Source: Streptomyces phage VieEnRose. Taken from it: a stretch of 24,000 nt of DNA. The stretch lies in the sequence record ON526983.1. One strand, given 5' to 3'. Numbering within the stretch: position 1 is the stretch's first letter; every line of letters begins with the position of its first letter. The notes under the pieces are model-generated. The model was not told where the DNA came from. It saw only the letters and a program-made list of their open reading frames with translations, and searched no databases. Of the stretch, positions 1-8,562 are shown piece after piece. The position numbers and the translations under genes are program-made.

Positions 1-88
1 GCTCCCTGAAGTCCGCCGCCTGACGGCGGCTTCCACCGAAGCACAGCGCACAGTCACCCATTCACCGAACACACTGGAGGTACACACC

Positions 89-526
89 GTGGCACTCAAC
101 CTGATGACGATCCCCACCCAGGGCGGCGGCTGGTTCAAGCCGAAGGACAACAAGGACGCGGTCGCGATCCTGATCGAGGTCAAGTCCTTCGACCGTCAGC
201 GCCCGACCCCGAACGGCCCGAAGGACTCGGTGCTCGCCGACATCTCCGTCTTCCCCACCCAGGAGGCGCTGAACAACGGCACGCCCACCGTGGCCCAGGG
301 CCAGAGGATCGAGCAGACGGTTCTCGCCCGCGACCTGGAGACCCTGGTCGGGGGAGCCACCATCGTGACCCTGGACCAGGTCCCCGCGAAGAAGCCCGGC
401 GCCTACCCGGCGTGGGTCTGGCGCGCGGTCACCGACCAGGCCAAGGTCAAGCAGGTCGTCGCGTACGCCGAGCAGCGTGACGCGGCCGTGGAGCAGGCCG
501 TCGCCGACGCGCCCGACTTCGACTGA
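89..526 (+). CDS. Hypothetical phage protein (145 aa)
   Basis: GTG start preceded by GGAGG (about 77-81); clean ORF ending TGA at 524-526, acidic protein; first gene of the rightward replication block. Confidence 0.8.
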   Translation: MALNLMTIPTQGGGWFKPKDNKDAVAILIEVKSFDRQRPTPNGPKDSVLADISVFPTQEALNNGTPTVAQGQRIEQTVLARDLETLVGGATIVTLDQVPAKKPGAYPAWVWRAVTDQAKVKQVVAYAEQRDAAVEQAVADAPDFD

Positions 527-545
527 CCTGATCGTGTAAGTGTCG

Positions 546-573
546 CAGGGGGCCGTCCTTCGGGGCGGTCCCC
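546..573 (+). terminator. Intergenic hairpin, possible attenuator or weak terminator
   Basis: GGGGGCCG-TCCTTCGGGG-CGGTCCCC-type stem between two rightward genes; no clear T-tract. Confidence 0.35.
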
Positions 574-613
574 TTGCGGCAGTAGAAGACCATGACGACG
601 AGAGGAGATCGGA

Positions 614-1507
614 GTGCTCAACCCCGCGAGGTCGCTGAGCCTGAACGCTGAGTCCGGCCGCGAGCTCCCGCGCATCGACGCGTTCGACGCGCTCTACAAG
701 AAGGGCATCCGGCCCCGGCACGGCGAGGTCATCATGATCGCCGGACGGTCCGGCACCCAGAAGTCCGGCCTGGCCCTGTTCTGGGTCGCCGAGATGAACC
801 TGCCGACGCTGTACTTCTCGGCCGACATGAGCGCCTTCACGGCCAGCTCTCGGCTCGCCAGCATGAAGACCGGCGACACCACGGAGATGGTCGAGGCGGG
901 CATGGCGGCGGGCGGCAAGCACCGGCAGAGCTACATCGACGCCCTGGAGGGGCTGAACATCACCTTCTCGTTCGGCTCGCCGATCTCGTGGCGTGCCGTC
1001 GACGAGGAGCTGGAGGCGTACGTCGAGCTCTGGGACTGCTACCCGGAGATCATCGTGTTCGACAACCTGATGGACTTCGACGGTGCCGAGTCGGACTACA
1101 CCGAGCAGATGGCCGTGATGAGCAACGCGACCGAGCTCGCCCGCGCGACGGGCGCGACGGTTCTCCTGCTTCACCACGCGAGCGACAAGAGCTGGGAGGC
1201 CAAGTCCTCCCCGTGGTCGCCGCCGTCCCGGGACCAGGTGAAGGGCGGGCTCTCCGAGAAGCCGGAGCTGTCCCTGACCGTCGCGCTGGACCCCACGAGC
1301 ATGGAGTACCGGATCGCCTGCGTGAAGCAGCGCATGGGGCCTTCGGACCCCACGGCGAACAGCTTCGCCACGATCCGGTGCCACCCGGAGATCACCCGCT
1401 TCTCGAAGCTGGAGGCTCCGGCGATGAAGCCCGCGCCCACGGCCGCCCCGGCGACCGACGCGAGCTGGAGCCCGAGTGGTGCCGCCGCTGGCGCCGTTCG
1501 GGGGTGA
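614..1507 (+). CDS. DnaB-like / RecA-fold ATPase (putative replicative helicase)
   Basis: Walker A-like MIAGRSGTQKSGLALFWVAEM; Walker B-like EIIVFDNLMD; later ATGATVLLLHHASD and VKGGLSEKPELSLTVALDP, typical of the phage DnaB-like AAA_25 family. Confidence 0.75.
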   Translation: MLNPARSLSLNAESGRELPRIDAFDALYKKGIRPRHGEVIMIAGRSGTQKSGLALFWVAEMNLPTLYFSADMSAFTASSRLASMKTGDTTEMVEAGMAAGGKHRQSYIDALEGLNITFSFGSPISWRAVDEELEAYVELWDCYPEIIVFDNLMDFDGAESDYTEQMAVMSNATELARATGATVLLLHHASDKSWEAKSSPWSPPSRDQVKGGLSEKPELSLTVALDPTSMEYRIACVKQRMGPSDPTANSFATIRCHPEITRFSKLEAPAMKPAPTAAPATDASWSPSGAAAGAVRG

Positions 1508-1585
1508 TGTGATAGTGTCGCACCAGCGGCACACGGAAGGGCGGCGCCAACCCGGCGCCGCCTCTACTCGGGAGGAGTGTGTAAG

Positions 1586-1963
1586 TTGAGCGGAAGCCCG
1601 GCGAGGAACAAGCGCAAGGGTGCCGACTGGGAGATCGACCTGATGAACGGTCTCCGCGAGGTCGGCGAGGACGCGGAGCGGCTGCGGCTCTCCGGCAAGG
1701 ACGACGAAGGGGACCTGGTCGTCCGCAGCGCCGAGGCGCTGAACGTCCCCTACCTGGTGATCGAGGCCAAGAACGCGAAGTTCGAGCCCGGCGTCTTCGT
1801 CGGCGAGATGGAGACCGAGGTCGCCAACTTCGCGAAGCACCGGGGCCTGTCGGCGGACGACGTCGACGGCATCGTGATCGTGAAGCGACGCGGCAAGAAC
1901 TGGCGCAAGGCATTCGTGCTCACCACCGTCGAGCGGTACTTCGACCTGCCGGACGCCGAGTGA
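1586..1963 (+). CDS. Holliday junction resolvase-like endonuclease (Hjc/VRR-type fold)
   Basis: NKRKGADWEIDLMNGLREVG...LRLSGKDDEGDLVVR...YLVIEAKNAK...VANFAKHRG matches the PD-(D/E)XK resolvase pattern. TTG at 1586 fits the GGGAGGAG RBS; the ORF-track GTG at 1577 overlaps the RBS. Confidence 0.6.
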   Translation: MSGSPARNKRKGADWEIDLMNGLREVGEDAERLRLSGKDDEGDLVVRSAEALNVPYLVIEAKNAKFEPGVFVGEMETEVANFAKHRGLSADDVDGIVIVKRRGKNWRKAFVLTTVERYFDLPDAE

Positions 1964-2127
1964 TGGCGAACACGCTGCCGCTCCAGGTGAACATCAAGGT
2001 CGACGCCGGTCCGTGGAAGGAGGCGTGGGGACGCGCCTTCTCCTTCGTCGACTACTGGCTGGACCCCGAGTCCGACTACGACATGGTCCTCGCGGTCGAG
2101 CGCGCCTACGGGGTGACGCACGAGTGA
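1963..2127 (+). CDS. Small hypothetical phage protein (54 aa)
   Basis: MANTLPLQVNIKVDAGPWKEAWGRAFSFVDYWLDPESDYDMVLAVERAYGVTHE; ATGA-type overlap with the preceding stop. Confidence 0.7.
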   Translation: MANTLPLQVNIKVDAGPWKEAWGRAFSFVDYWLDPESDYDMVLAVERAYGVTHE

Positions 2128-2564
2128 CCTTCTCCTGGCGCGAGCCGGGGCAGGGCAGGAAGACCACCCGGCGCTTCGACGACGACGACACGAAGCCGCT
2201 CCTGACGGCGGTCTTCGACCACTACGGCGTGGAGTACGACGCCAACCGCACGACCGGCATGACGCACTGTCCGCTCCACGAGGACCGGACGCCGTCCATG
2301 TCTTTCAACACCGACAAGGGGCTGTGGCGTTGCCACTCCTGCGGAGAGGGCGGCGACAGCTACTCGCTCCTGATGACGAAGGAGGGAACCGATTTCCGTG
2401 GAGCACGAGCCGTTGCAGCCTCTCTCCAGCTCGCAGAGGGAAGCACTGGAGGAGGCGGTGAGCAGCTATCAGGGAGCCGTTACGGCGGACGTCGCGCGGT
2501 ACCTCGTAAGCCGGGGGATCGGGCGGGAGGAGGCGGCTACGTTCCGTCTTGGCGTGGTCGCTGA
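2124..2564 (+). CDS. CHC2 zinc-finger primase-like protein (N-terminal half of a split primase)
   Basis: THCPLHEDRTPSMSFNTDKGLWRCHSCGEGGDSYSLLMTKEG zinc ribbon typical of DnaG-type primases; GTG start overlaps the previous stop. Confidence 0.75.
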   Translation: MTFSWREPGQGRKTTRRFDDDDTKPLLTAVFDHYGVEYDANRTTGMTHCPLHEDRTPSMSFNTDKGLWRCHSCGEGGDSYSLLMTKEGTDFRGARAVAASLQLAEGSTGGGGEQLSGSRYGGRRAVPRKPGDRAGGGGYVPSWRGR

Positions 2565-3063
2565 CCCCTTCCCGGGGCACGACCGCTTCCGGGGGTTCCT
2601 CGCGATCCCCTACCTGGACCGCCACGGCAAGCCGCTGAGCATCCGCTTCCGCTGCCTCCAGGACCACAACCACCGGGACTTCTTCCACGGCAAGTACATG
2701 AGCCTCGCCGAGGAGCCGCCCCGTACCTACAACATCCGGGCCATCCACGAGGCGGCCGACACCATCCACATCGCCGAGGGCGAGTTCGACGCGATGGTGC
2801 TGAACAAGGTCGGGCTCCCGGCTGTCGCCATCCCCGGCGCGCAGGCGTGGCTCGGCAGGCACCGCAGGATGCTGGCTGGATTCAGCCGGACCTACGTCTG
2901 GGGCGACCCGGACGACGCGGGCGCCGACTTCACGAACAAGGTCTGCCGCTCCCTGCGCTCTGCCAAGGGCGTGCGCCTGCGGGGCGGCGACGTGACCGAC
3001 ATCTACATGAGCGGCGGGGCTGACGCCCTGCACGCCCTGATCTCCAAGGAGGCCACCGCGTGA
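2398..3063 (+). CDS. TOPRIM-domain primase (C-terminal half of a split primase)
   Basis: YLVSRGIGREEAATFRLGVVADP...RGFLAIPYLD...IHIAEGEFDAMVLNKVGLPAVAIPGAQAW...YVWGDPDDAGADFTNKV carries the TOPRIM E and DxD-like motifs; RBS GGAGGG. Confidence 0.8.
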   Translation: MEHEPLQPLSSSQREALEEAVSSYQGAVTADVARYLVSRGIGREEAATFRLGVVADPFPGHDRFRGFLAIPYLDRHGKPLSIRFRCLQDHNHRDFFHGKYMSLAEEPPRTYNIRAIHEAADTIHIAEGEFDAMVLNKVGLPAVAIPGAQAWLGRHRRMLAGFSRTYVWGDPDDAGADFTNKVCRSLRSAKGVRLRGGDVTDIYMSGGADALHALISKEATA

Positions 3064-3470
3064 GCGACGAGACCACGACCGAGACCAAGACGACGACGAC
3101 GAAGCGGGCGCCGCGCAAGGCGGCCCCGGCCAAGCCCGCCACCACCCCGACCGACGCCGTGCTGGCCGAGGTCAAGGCGGAGCGGACCCGGCAGGACGAG
3201 CGGTGGGGCGAGCAGAACCACCCGCTGATCGGGGGGCTCACCCCGAAGGCGCGGCTCGTCGCCGAGTACGCCCGCGAGGAGAACCAGTGGCAGGAGATCA
3301 ACAAGCACCGGGTGCGGCTCGGCGCGATGGGCTTCGACTCCATCGCGGCCGAGGAGCTGTACGAGGCGCTGTCCGCCCGGGACGTGGCCGAGGCTCGTGC
3401 CGAGTACGTGCAGCTCGCCGCCGTCGCGGTGGCCGCCGTCGAGGCGATCGACCGTGGGGTGACGAAGTGA
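3060..3470 (+). CDS. MazG-like / hypothetical phage protein
   Basis: VLAEVKAERTRQDERWGEQNHP...EYAREENQWQ...IAAEELYEALSARD...EYVQLAAVAVAAVEAIDR resembles phage MazG-like NTP-PPase family proteins. Confidence 0.5.
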   Translation: MSDETTTETKTTTTKRAPRKAAPAKPATTPTDAVLAEVKAERTRQDERWGEQNHPLIGGLTPKARLVAEYAREENQWQEINKHRVRLGAMGFDSIAAEELYEALSARDVAEARAEYVQLAAVAVAAVEAIDRGVTK

Positions 3471-3613
3471 ACGACGAGACCTTCGACTTCTTCGCCGAGG
3501 TGAAGCGCAGCGCGTCCCTGCTCGCCGACTACTACAAGGCCCTGATCGACGAGGGCTTCACCGCAGAGCAGGCGTTCGAGCTGGTGAAGATCTCGGCCGG
3601 AGGGTCGCAGTGA
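3467..3613 (+). CDS. Small hypothetical phage protein (48 aa)
   Basis: MNDETFDFFAEVKRSASLLADYYKALIDEGFTAEQAFELVKISAGGSQ; GTGA overlap with upstream gene. Confidence 0.7.
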   Translation: MNDETFDFFAEVKRSASLLADYYKALIDEGFTAEQAFELVKISAGGSQ

Positions 3614-3789
3614 AGCGCCGCATCCACGTGTACGCGCGTATCGGCGGCGGCACGGAACGGAAGCTCGGCACGATGACGGTCCCGGCCGACGCAAGCGACG
3701 CCGACGTGGCGCGCTACACGGCGGAGTTCTACCGGGGCGTCGCGGCCGAGCTGGAATCCCAGGCTGACGGCCTGGAGGCCACCGAGTGA
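3610..3789 (+). CDS. Small hypothetical phage protein (59 aa)
   Basis: MKRRIHVYARIGGGTERKLGTMTVPADASDADVARYTAEFYRGVAAELESQADGLEATE; GTGA overlap. Confidence 0.65.
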   Translation: MKRRIHVYARIGGGTERKLGTMTVPADASDADVARYTAEFYRGVAAELESQADGLEATE

Positions 3790-3992
3790 CGACCCTCCCG
3801 GGCTCCCCCGGTCCCTCCCTGGAGGCGATCTGGGGAGCCCTCTCCGAGGCCGAGCGGGACGCGCTGCGTCCCCACCTGCTCGGCGACACGTCGGCCGACT
3901 GGCTGTCGGCCGTCCTGAAGAAGTACGGCCGCGAGGTATCCGCCTCGACGATCCGTACCTACCGGCGCGCGTTGCGCCAGTCTGGAGTGTGA
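3786..3992 (+). CDS. Small putative helix-turn-helix protein (68 aa)
   Basis: ADWLSAVLKKYGREVSASTIRTYRRAL looks like an HTH; GTGA overlap. Confidence 0.6.
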   Translation: MTTLPGSPGPSLEAIWGALSEAERDALRPHLLGDTSADWLSAVLKKYGREVSASTIRTYRRALRQSGV

Positions 3993-3996
3993 AAGT

Positions 3997-5190
3997 GTGA
4001 CGAGCCTGAAGGATGAGCTGCTGGCCAAGCCGGTCGGCCCCGCCGTCCCGGCCCGCCAGACGAACCCCGAGAAGGACTTCACCCGGCAGATCGAGGTGAG
4101 CGGGGACACGGCGGCCGTGACCGTGAAGGGTCCGGCCAACGACGTCGACGAGGACGCGGCGACCGCGTACCTCCGGGCGCAAGGGCTCGACCCGGCCGAC
4201 TGGACGGCGACCGGCTTCCGCTCCTCGGAGTGGACGATGCCCAACGGTGACCAGGGTGTGTCGACCCGCTTCACGTTCGCCCGCGCGGCGACGGTGGCGG
4301 CCGACGACAGGCCCCCGCTCGACGAGCTCCTGGCCGCGATCGAGACGCACGTCCCGGCGCCGGTCCTGACGAGCACGGGCGGCGAGCACACGTTCATCGT
4401 GGCGCTCGGCGACATGCAGTTCGGGAAGATCGACGGCGACGGAGTCGAGGGCACGCTGGCCCGCACGATCGACTGCATCAACAAGGCGGCCGACCTGCTG
4501 GAGACGTACCGGCTCCGGTTCGACATCGGTCACGTGCACATCGCCTGGCTGGGCGACCACGTCGAGGGCTTCGTCTCGCAGGGCGGGGCGAACACCTGGC
4601 GGACCGTGCTCACGCTGAACGAGCAGATCCGGCTGACACGCCGGGTGATGCTCCACGCGCTGCTCACGTTCGCGCCGCGCGTCGCCCGCCTCACGATGGC
4701 GGCCGTGCCGGGCAACCACGGCGAGGCCGTCCGGTTCATGGGCAAGGGCGTGACCCGGTACGACGACAGCCACGACACCGAGTCGCTGATCGCCGTCGCC
4801 GACGCGGCCGGGCTCAACCCGGAGCGGTTCAGCCACGTCGAGTTCTTCGTCCCGGAGACCGACGAGCTGACGGTCGTCGTCGAGTGCTCCGGCACGGTCG
4901 TCGCGCACGCGCACGGCCACGCCTGGCGGCCGGGCAAGCACTTCGACTGGTGGCGGGGGCAGGCGTTCGACGCCCGGTCCGCCATGCACCAGGCCGACCT
5001 GCTCCTCGCCGGTCACCTGCACCACGAGCACGTCGACACGGACGGTCCTCGGACCTTCGTGCAGCCGCCCGCCATGGAGAGCGAGAGCACCTGGTGGCGG
5101 CACGCCAAGGGGACGCGCGGCGCCCCCGGACTGATGGTCCTCGTCACCAAGGACGGGGCCACCCCGATCAAGGAGGTCGTGACCCAGTGA
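3997..5190 (+). CDS. Calcineurin-like metallophosphoesterase (putative DNA repair/exonuclease-like)
   Basis: Motifs VALGDMQFGK, WLGDHVEGF, AAVPGNHGEA, LLAGHLHHEHV. Confidence 0.75.
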   Translation: MTSLKDELLAKPVGPAVPARQTNPEKDFTRQIEVSGDTAAVTVKGPANDVDEDAATAYLRAQGLDPADWTATGFRSSEWTMPNGDQGVSTRFTFARAATVAADDRPPLDELLAAIETHVPAPVLTSTGGEHTFIVALGDMQFGKIDGDGVEGTLARTIDCINKAADLLETYRLRFDIGHVHIAWLGDHVEGFVSQGGANTWRTVLTLNEQIRLTRRVMLHALLTFAPRVARLTMAAVPGNHGEAVRFMGKGVTRYDDSHDTESLIAVADAAGLNPERFSHVEFFVPETDELTVVVECSGTVVAHAHGHAWRPGKHFDWWRGQAFDARSAMHQADLLLAGHLHHEHVDTDGPRTFVQPPAMESESTWWRHAKGTRGAPGLMVLVTKDGATPIKEVVTQ

Positions 5191-5543
5191 GCATCGAGAT
5201 CACCGAGTTCCCCGTCGAGCACGCCTCCGCCGAGGAGGCTCTGGCCGACTGGTCGTTCCTGACGGACGACACGAAGATGAGCGTCGTCGACAAGGCGGCG
5301 CGGAGCATCGCCCGGAAGTACGAGGACACCCGGACCACCGAGTTCGACGACGCCTACCAGGACGCGCTGGAGCTCATGGCCACACACCCGGTTCTCCAGG
5401 GCGACCTGGAGCCGGGCGTGCTCTACACGCGGCTGACGCAGCGGCTCACCCACAGGTACGAGGCGGACGCCCGGCGCCGGTCGCCGAGCAAGACGACCTC
5501 GTGGGAGCTGAACAACGACAAGCTCGCTGCGCAGGGGTACTGA
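5187..5543 (+). CDS. Hypothetical; possible sigma region-2-like protein
   Basis: SVVDKAARSIARKYEDTRTTEFDDAYQDALELMATHPVLQGDLEPGVLYTRLTQRLTHRYEADARRRS weakly resembles sigma-70 region 2. Confidence 0.45.
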   Translation: MSIEITEFPVEHASAEEALADWSFLTDDTKMSVVDKAARSIARKYEDTRTTEFDDAYQDALELMATHPVLQGDLEPGVLYTRLTQRLTHRYEADARRRSPSKTTSWELNNDKLAAQGY

Positions 5544-5947
5544 TGGCCGGTGGGTACGACCGCGCGATGGTCGAGCGCCTGCTCCCCATCCTCGCCGACC
5601 CGGACGCCCTCGCGTGGGGCCTGAAGAACGAGGAGGCCCCCGACGCGGACATGCCCCGGGCGGTCGTGAAGAAGAAGAAGGGCAGCTCCTACCCGGCCAT
5701 GGTGACCGACATCCGGCACGCGTGGAAGCTGCGCGCGGCGGCCGGGCTGAGCCTGGACGAGCAGCGCGCCACCTACCTGCGGTACGCCGTCGACATGACG
5801 GTGCAGGAGGCGGGCGCCCTGCTCGGGGTCCGGCACCAGCGGATCTCGGAACGAGCCGAGCGCGGAGTCGGCAAGCTGACCGCGTTCCTGAACGGAGAGA
5901 AGTACATCGACGGGTACGACGGCCTCGCGGAAGACGAGGCGGCGTAG
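5543..5947 (+). CDS. Sigma-70 region-4-like HTH protein
   Basis: GLSLDEQRATYLRYAVDMTVQEAGALLGVRHQRISERAERGVGKLTAFL resembles sigma region 4; ATGA coupling to upstream ORF. Confidence 0.6.
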   Translation: MAGGYDRAMVERLLPILADPDALAWGLKNEEAPDADMPRAVVKKKKGSSYPAMVTDIRHAWKLRAAAGLSLDEQRATYLRYAVDMTVQEAGALLGVRHQRISERAERGVGKLTAFLNGEKYIDGYDGLAEDEAA

Positions 5948-5969
5948 ACCACCCCCGAGCACGACCAGG

Positions 5970-6010
5970 ACCCCCTGAGCCAACCGGCTTGGGGGGTTCT
6001 TTACTTTTTT
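5970..6010 (+). terminator. Rho-independent terminator
   Basis: CCCCCTGAGCC-AACC-GGCTTGGGGGG stem followed by TTCTTTACTTTTTT. Confidence 0.85.
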
Positions 6011-6163
6011 GCTACCGTCCCGTAACGCAAGCGGGGGCGCCTCGTTCGACAAGAGGAGAGGCCGCAGCCACGCCGGTATCCAACAGACCCCGTCGAGGCG
6101 GGTGTCCTCTCCCCCATGCAGGCCCCGCCTCGGCGGCCCTGCGCTCCAACTCGGGAAGGAACC

Positions 6164-6481
6164 ATGCAGCAAACGAGAACGGTCGTCGACCTGATCGACG
6201 ACATCGACGGAACCAGCGAAGCGACCACAGTCAGCTTCGGGCTCGACGGTCGTACGTTCGAGATCGAGCTCGGTGAGAGGAACGAGGCGAAGCTCCGCAA
6301 GGCCCTGGAGCCCTTCATGGAGCACGCCCGAGAGCAGCGCCCGAAGCGCCGGAGCCGGAAGCGGGTGGACCCAGCCACCGTCCGGTCCTGGGCCGCCGAG
6401 AACGGCGTCGAGGTGAGCTCTCACGGCCGCGTGCCCAATGCCGTGGTCGACCAGTACCGGGCTGCTATGAACGGTGGCTGA
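6164..6481 (+). CDS. Lsr2-like nucleoid-associated / xenogeneic silencing protein
   Basis: VVDLIDDIDGTSEATTVSFGLDGRTFEIELGERNEAKLRKALEPFMEHAR plus C-terminal DPATVRSWAAENGVEVSSHGRVPNAVVDQYRAA; AAGGA RBS before the 6164 ATG. Confidence 0.85.
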   Translation: MQQTRTVVDLIDDIDGTSEATTVSFGLDGRTFEIELGERNEAKLRKALEPFMEHAREQRPKRRSRKRVDPATVRSWAAENGVEVSSHGRVPNAVVDQYRAAMNGG

Positions 6482-6505
6482 TGATCCCGAGGAGGGAACA
6501 CAGCC

Positions 6506-7015
6506 GTGCAGCTCCACCCAACGAACAAGCTGCTCCACGCCCTGCGCCAGCGGGGTGACCAATGGCCGGAGGTCGAGGCCGATCTTCTTGACCCGGAGTC
6601 GATGACACCTGTCCGGGGCTTCCCGTCCCGGCGCCGCATCGTCGGCGAGGAGTACCAGGGGTACGTCGAGCCGGACCGCAGCGGCGAGCCTGACTCGTGG
6701 GTCGTGCTCGGAGTGCGCGAGCGAGAACGCGCCGACGTGCGGGTGGTGAACCCCGTCGTCGGCGTCGAGCAACGCGTGTCCATCCCGCGTGCGCGCGGGG
6801 GTGGCGTCGGGCGGCGCTGGCCGACCACCTACGACGAGCTGACCGACCGACTACGCGACCAGGGGTACGCCGTTGAGCAGACGAAGACGCACCTCGGGCT
6901 GTACGAGGACGGCAACCGGATCGCCACGATCGCCACGTCGGCGAGCGACTGGCGCTCGATCCGGAACATCTGCCTGATCCTCCGCCGCCTCGGGGTCGAC
7001 GTGCGCCGCACCTGA
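6506..7015 (+). CDS. Hypothetical phage protein (169 aa)
   Basis: Clean ORF, GTG start, ends just before the integrase; C-terminal YDELTDRLRDQGYAVEQTKTHLGLYEDGNRIATIATSASDWRSIRNICLILRRLGVD. Confidence 0.7.
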   Translation: MQLHPTNKLLHALRQRGDQWPEVEADLLDPESMTPVRGFPSRRRIVGEEYQGYVEPDRSGEPDSWVVLGVRERERADVRVVNPVVGVEQRVSIPRARGGGVGRRWPTTYDELTDRLRDQGYAVEQTKTHLGLYEDGNRIATIATSASDWRSIRNICLILRRLGVDVRRT

Positions 7016-7027
7016 AGTGTCGTGGGT

Positions 7028-7056
7028 GTGACAACCCGCCAGAGGTCTGATACACT
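7028..7056 (+). promoter_or_regulatory. Putative integrase promoter (GTGACA-17-TACACT)
   Basis: GTGACA at 7028-7033 and TACACT at 7051-7056 with 17 bp spacer, upstream of the 7115 TTG start. Confidence 0.5.
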
Positions 7057-7114
7057 CGCACCAGAGGAAGCTGGGCTGTCGAGGAGAGCCTGGTCAGGAG
7101 TAGAGGACCCACCG

Positions 7115-8554
7115 TTGAAACCCAAGTCGGCAGCCGTGTACGCCCGGATCTCGGATGACACCGAGGGGCGGGCCGCTGGCGTTGCCCGCCAGGTCGAGGA
7201 CTCCCTGGCGCTGGCCGAGCGCGCCGGTTGGTCGCTCTCTCCGTACGAGCCGTTCGTCGACAACGACATCTCCGCTTCCACTCGGTCGAAGGCCCGCCGC
7301 CCGGCGTTCGAGCGGCTGATCGAGCTGATCGAGGCAGGCGAGATCGACGGCATCGTCTTCTACTCCAACAGCCGCCTGACCCGCCGACCCCGCGAGTTCG
7401 AGGACATCATCGACCTGGTCGAGCGTACCGGGCTGAAGCTCAACTCCGTGGTCTCCGGCCAGGCTGACCTGTCCACGGCAGACGGACGGCAGATCGCTCG
7501 CATGTTGGCCGCCGCCGACGCGGCTGAGGCAGAGCGCACCTCCGAGCGCGTGACGCGCGCCTTCGTGCAGCGCCGCCAGGAGGGGAAGCCGAACCCCTCG
7601 TCGCGCGCCTTCGGCTTCGAGAAGGGCGGCATGACCGTCCGGCAGGACGAGGCCGAGCTGATCCGTGAGGCGGCCACGCGCATCGCCGACGAGGGCTGGT
7701 CCCTCGGGCAGGTCGTGGCCGACTGGAACCGGCGCAAGGTCCCCACCGTGCGGGCCGCTGGCGGCTGGACGCGCATCACCCTGGCTCGCGCCCTGAAGAA
7801 CCCTCGCTCGGCTGGCCTGGTGGCCCACGGCGGCGAGGTGCTGGGGCGCGGGTCCTTCGAGCAGATCATCACCCCCGAGCTCCAGGAGCGGGTGAAGGCG
7901 GCGCTCACCGGCAACCGCAACGGGCACACGGTGTCGTACTCGCAGCGCAAGCACGCGCTGGCCGGGTTCCTGGTGTGCGGGAAGTGCGGCAAGCCGATGA
8001 AGGTGAACGGGCTCTACAACCCGGACGGCTCGTACCGGAAGGACTCGTACATCGTGTGCTCGCGGTCGCAGTTCGGCTGCGGCAACGTGAAGCGCAACCT
8101 CCTGCACGTCGAGGAGCACATCGACTCCATCATCCGGGCGCGCATCGAGCTTGCCGTGCCGACCGGCGACGTCGAGCAGGAGGACGCCGCTGCGTCCGAG
8201 TTGGCCGAGCTCCAGGCGGCTCTCGACGAGGTCGAGGAGGACATCGCCGAGCACCAGGCCGAGTTCAAGTCGAACCCCCGGATGCGGCTGAAGGACTACA
8301 ACGCCACGCTCGCCATGCTGCGCGACCGGCAGGACGCGATCGAGAGCGCGCTGGCCAGCGTCGAGACCGGCCACCGCATTGACCCTGACTTCGATCTCCT
8401 CGCGGCGTGGGAAGACGGCTCGGTCGAGGAGCGACGCGCTGTGCTGGAGTGGGCGGTCGACCACATCAAGCTGCACCCCATCGGCAGGGTCGGCCCAACG
8501 AAGGCGAAGGCCCTCGTCCCGACCTCCACCGAGGTCGTGCCCAGACGAAGGTGA
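7115..8554 (+). CDS. int: Large serine recombinase (phage integrase)
   Basis: AVYARISDD catalytic region, VFYSNSRLTRRPREFEDIIDLVE, zinc ribbon CGKCGKPM...CSRSQFGCGN and coiled-coil segment. TTG start at 7115 has GAGGA 7-8 nt upstream; the first 31 aa in the ORF track are probably not translated. Confidence 0.9.
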   Translation: MKPKSAAVYARISDDTEGRAAGVARQVEDSLALAERAGWSLSPYEPFVDNDISASTRSKARRPAFERLIELIEAGEIDGIVFYSNSRLTRRPREFEDIIDLVERTGLKLNSVVSGQADLSTADGRQIARMLAAADAAEAERTSERVTRAFVQRRQEGKPNPSSRAFGFEKGGMTVRQDEAELIREAATRIADEGWSLGQVVADWNRRKVPTVRAAGGWTRITLARALKNPRSAGLVAHGGEVLGRGSFEQIITPELQERVKAALTGNRNGHTVSYSQRKHALAGFLVCGKCGKPMKVNGLYNPDGSYRKDSYIVCSRSQFGCGNVKRNLLHVEEHIDSIIRARIELAVPTGDVEQEDAAASELAELQAALDEVEEDIAEHQAEFKSNPRMRLKDYNATLAMLRDRQDAIESALASVETGHRIDPDFDLLAAWEDGSVEERRAVLEWAVDHIKLHPIGRVGPTKAKALVPTSTEVVPRRR

Positions 8555-8562
8555 CAACGCAG

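Noticed and set aside
62-1840. Minus-strand ORF of 592 aa
   Set aside because: Shadow ORF across clear rightward genes (helicase-like ATPase, resolvase-like), with no recognisable domain and biased composition.
6097-6130. Inverted repeat CGAGGCGGG...CCCGCCTCG upstream of the Lsr2-like gene as a ribozyme or riboswitch
   Set aside because: Only a simple dyad with a long spacer and no conserved catalytic or ligand-binding core that I can recognise.
7056-7114. attP site in the integrase leader (ACCAG...CTGGT partial dyad)
   Set aside because: Serine integrase att sites cannot be assigned reliably from this sequence without attL/attR or attB comparison; the dyad is weak.
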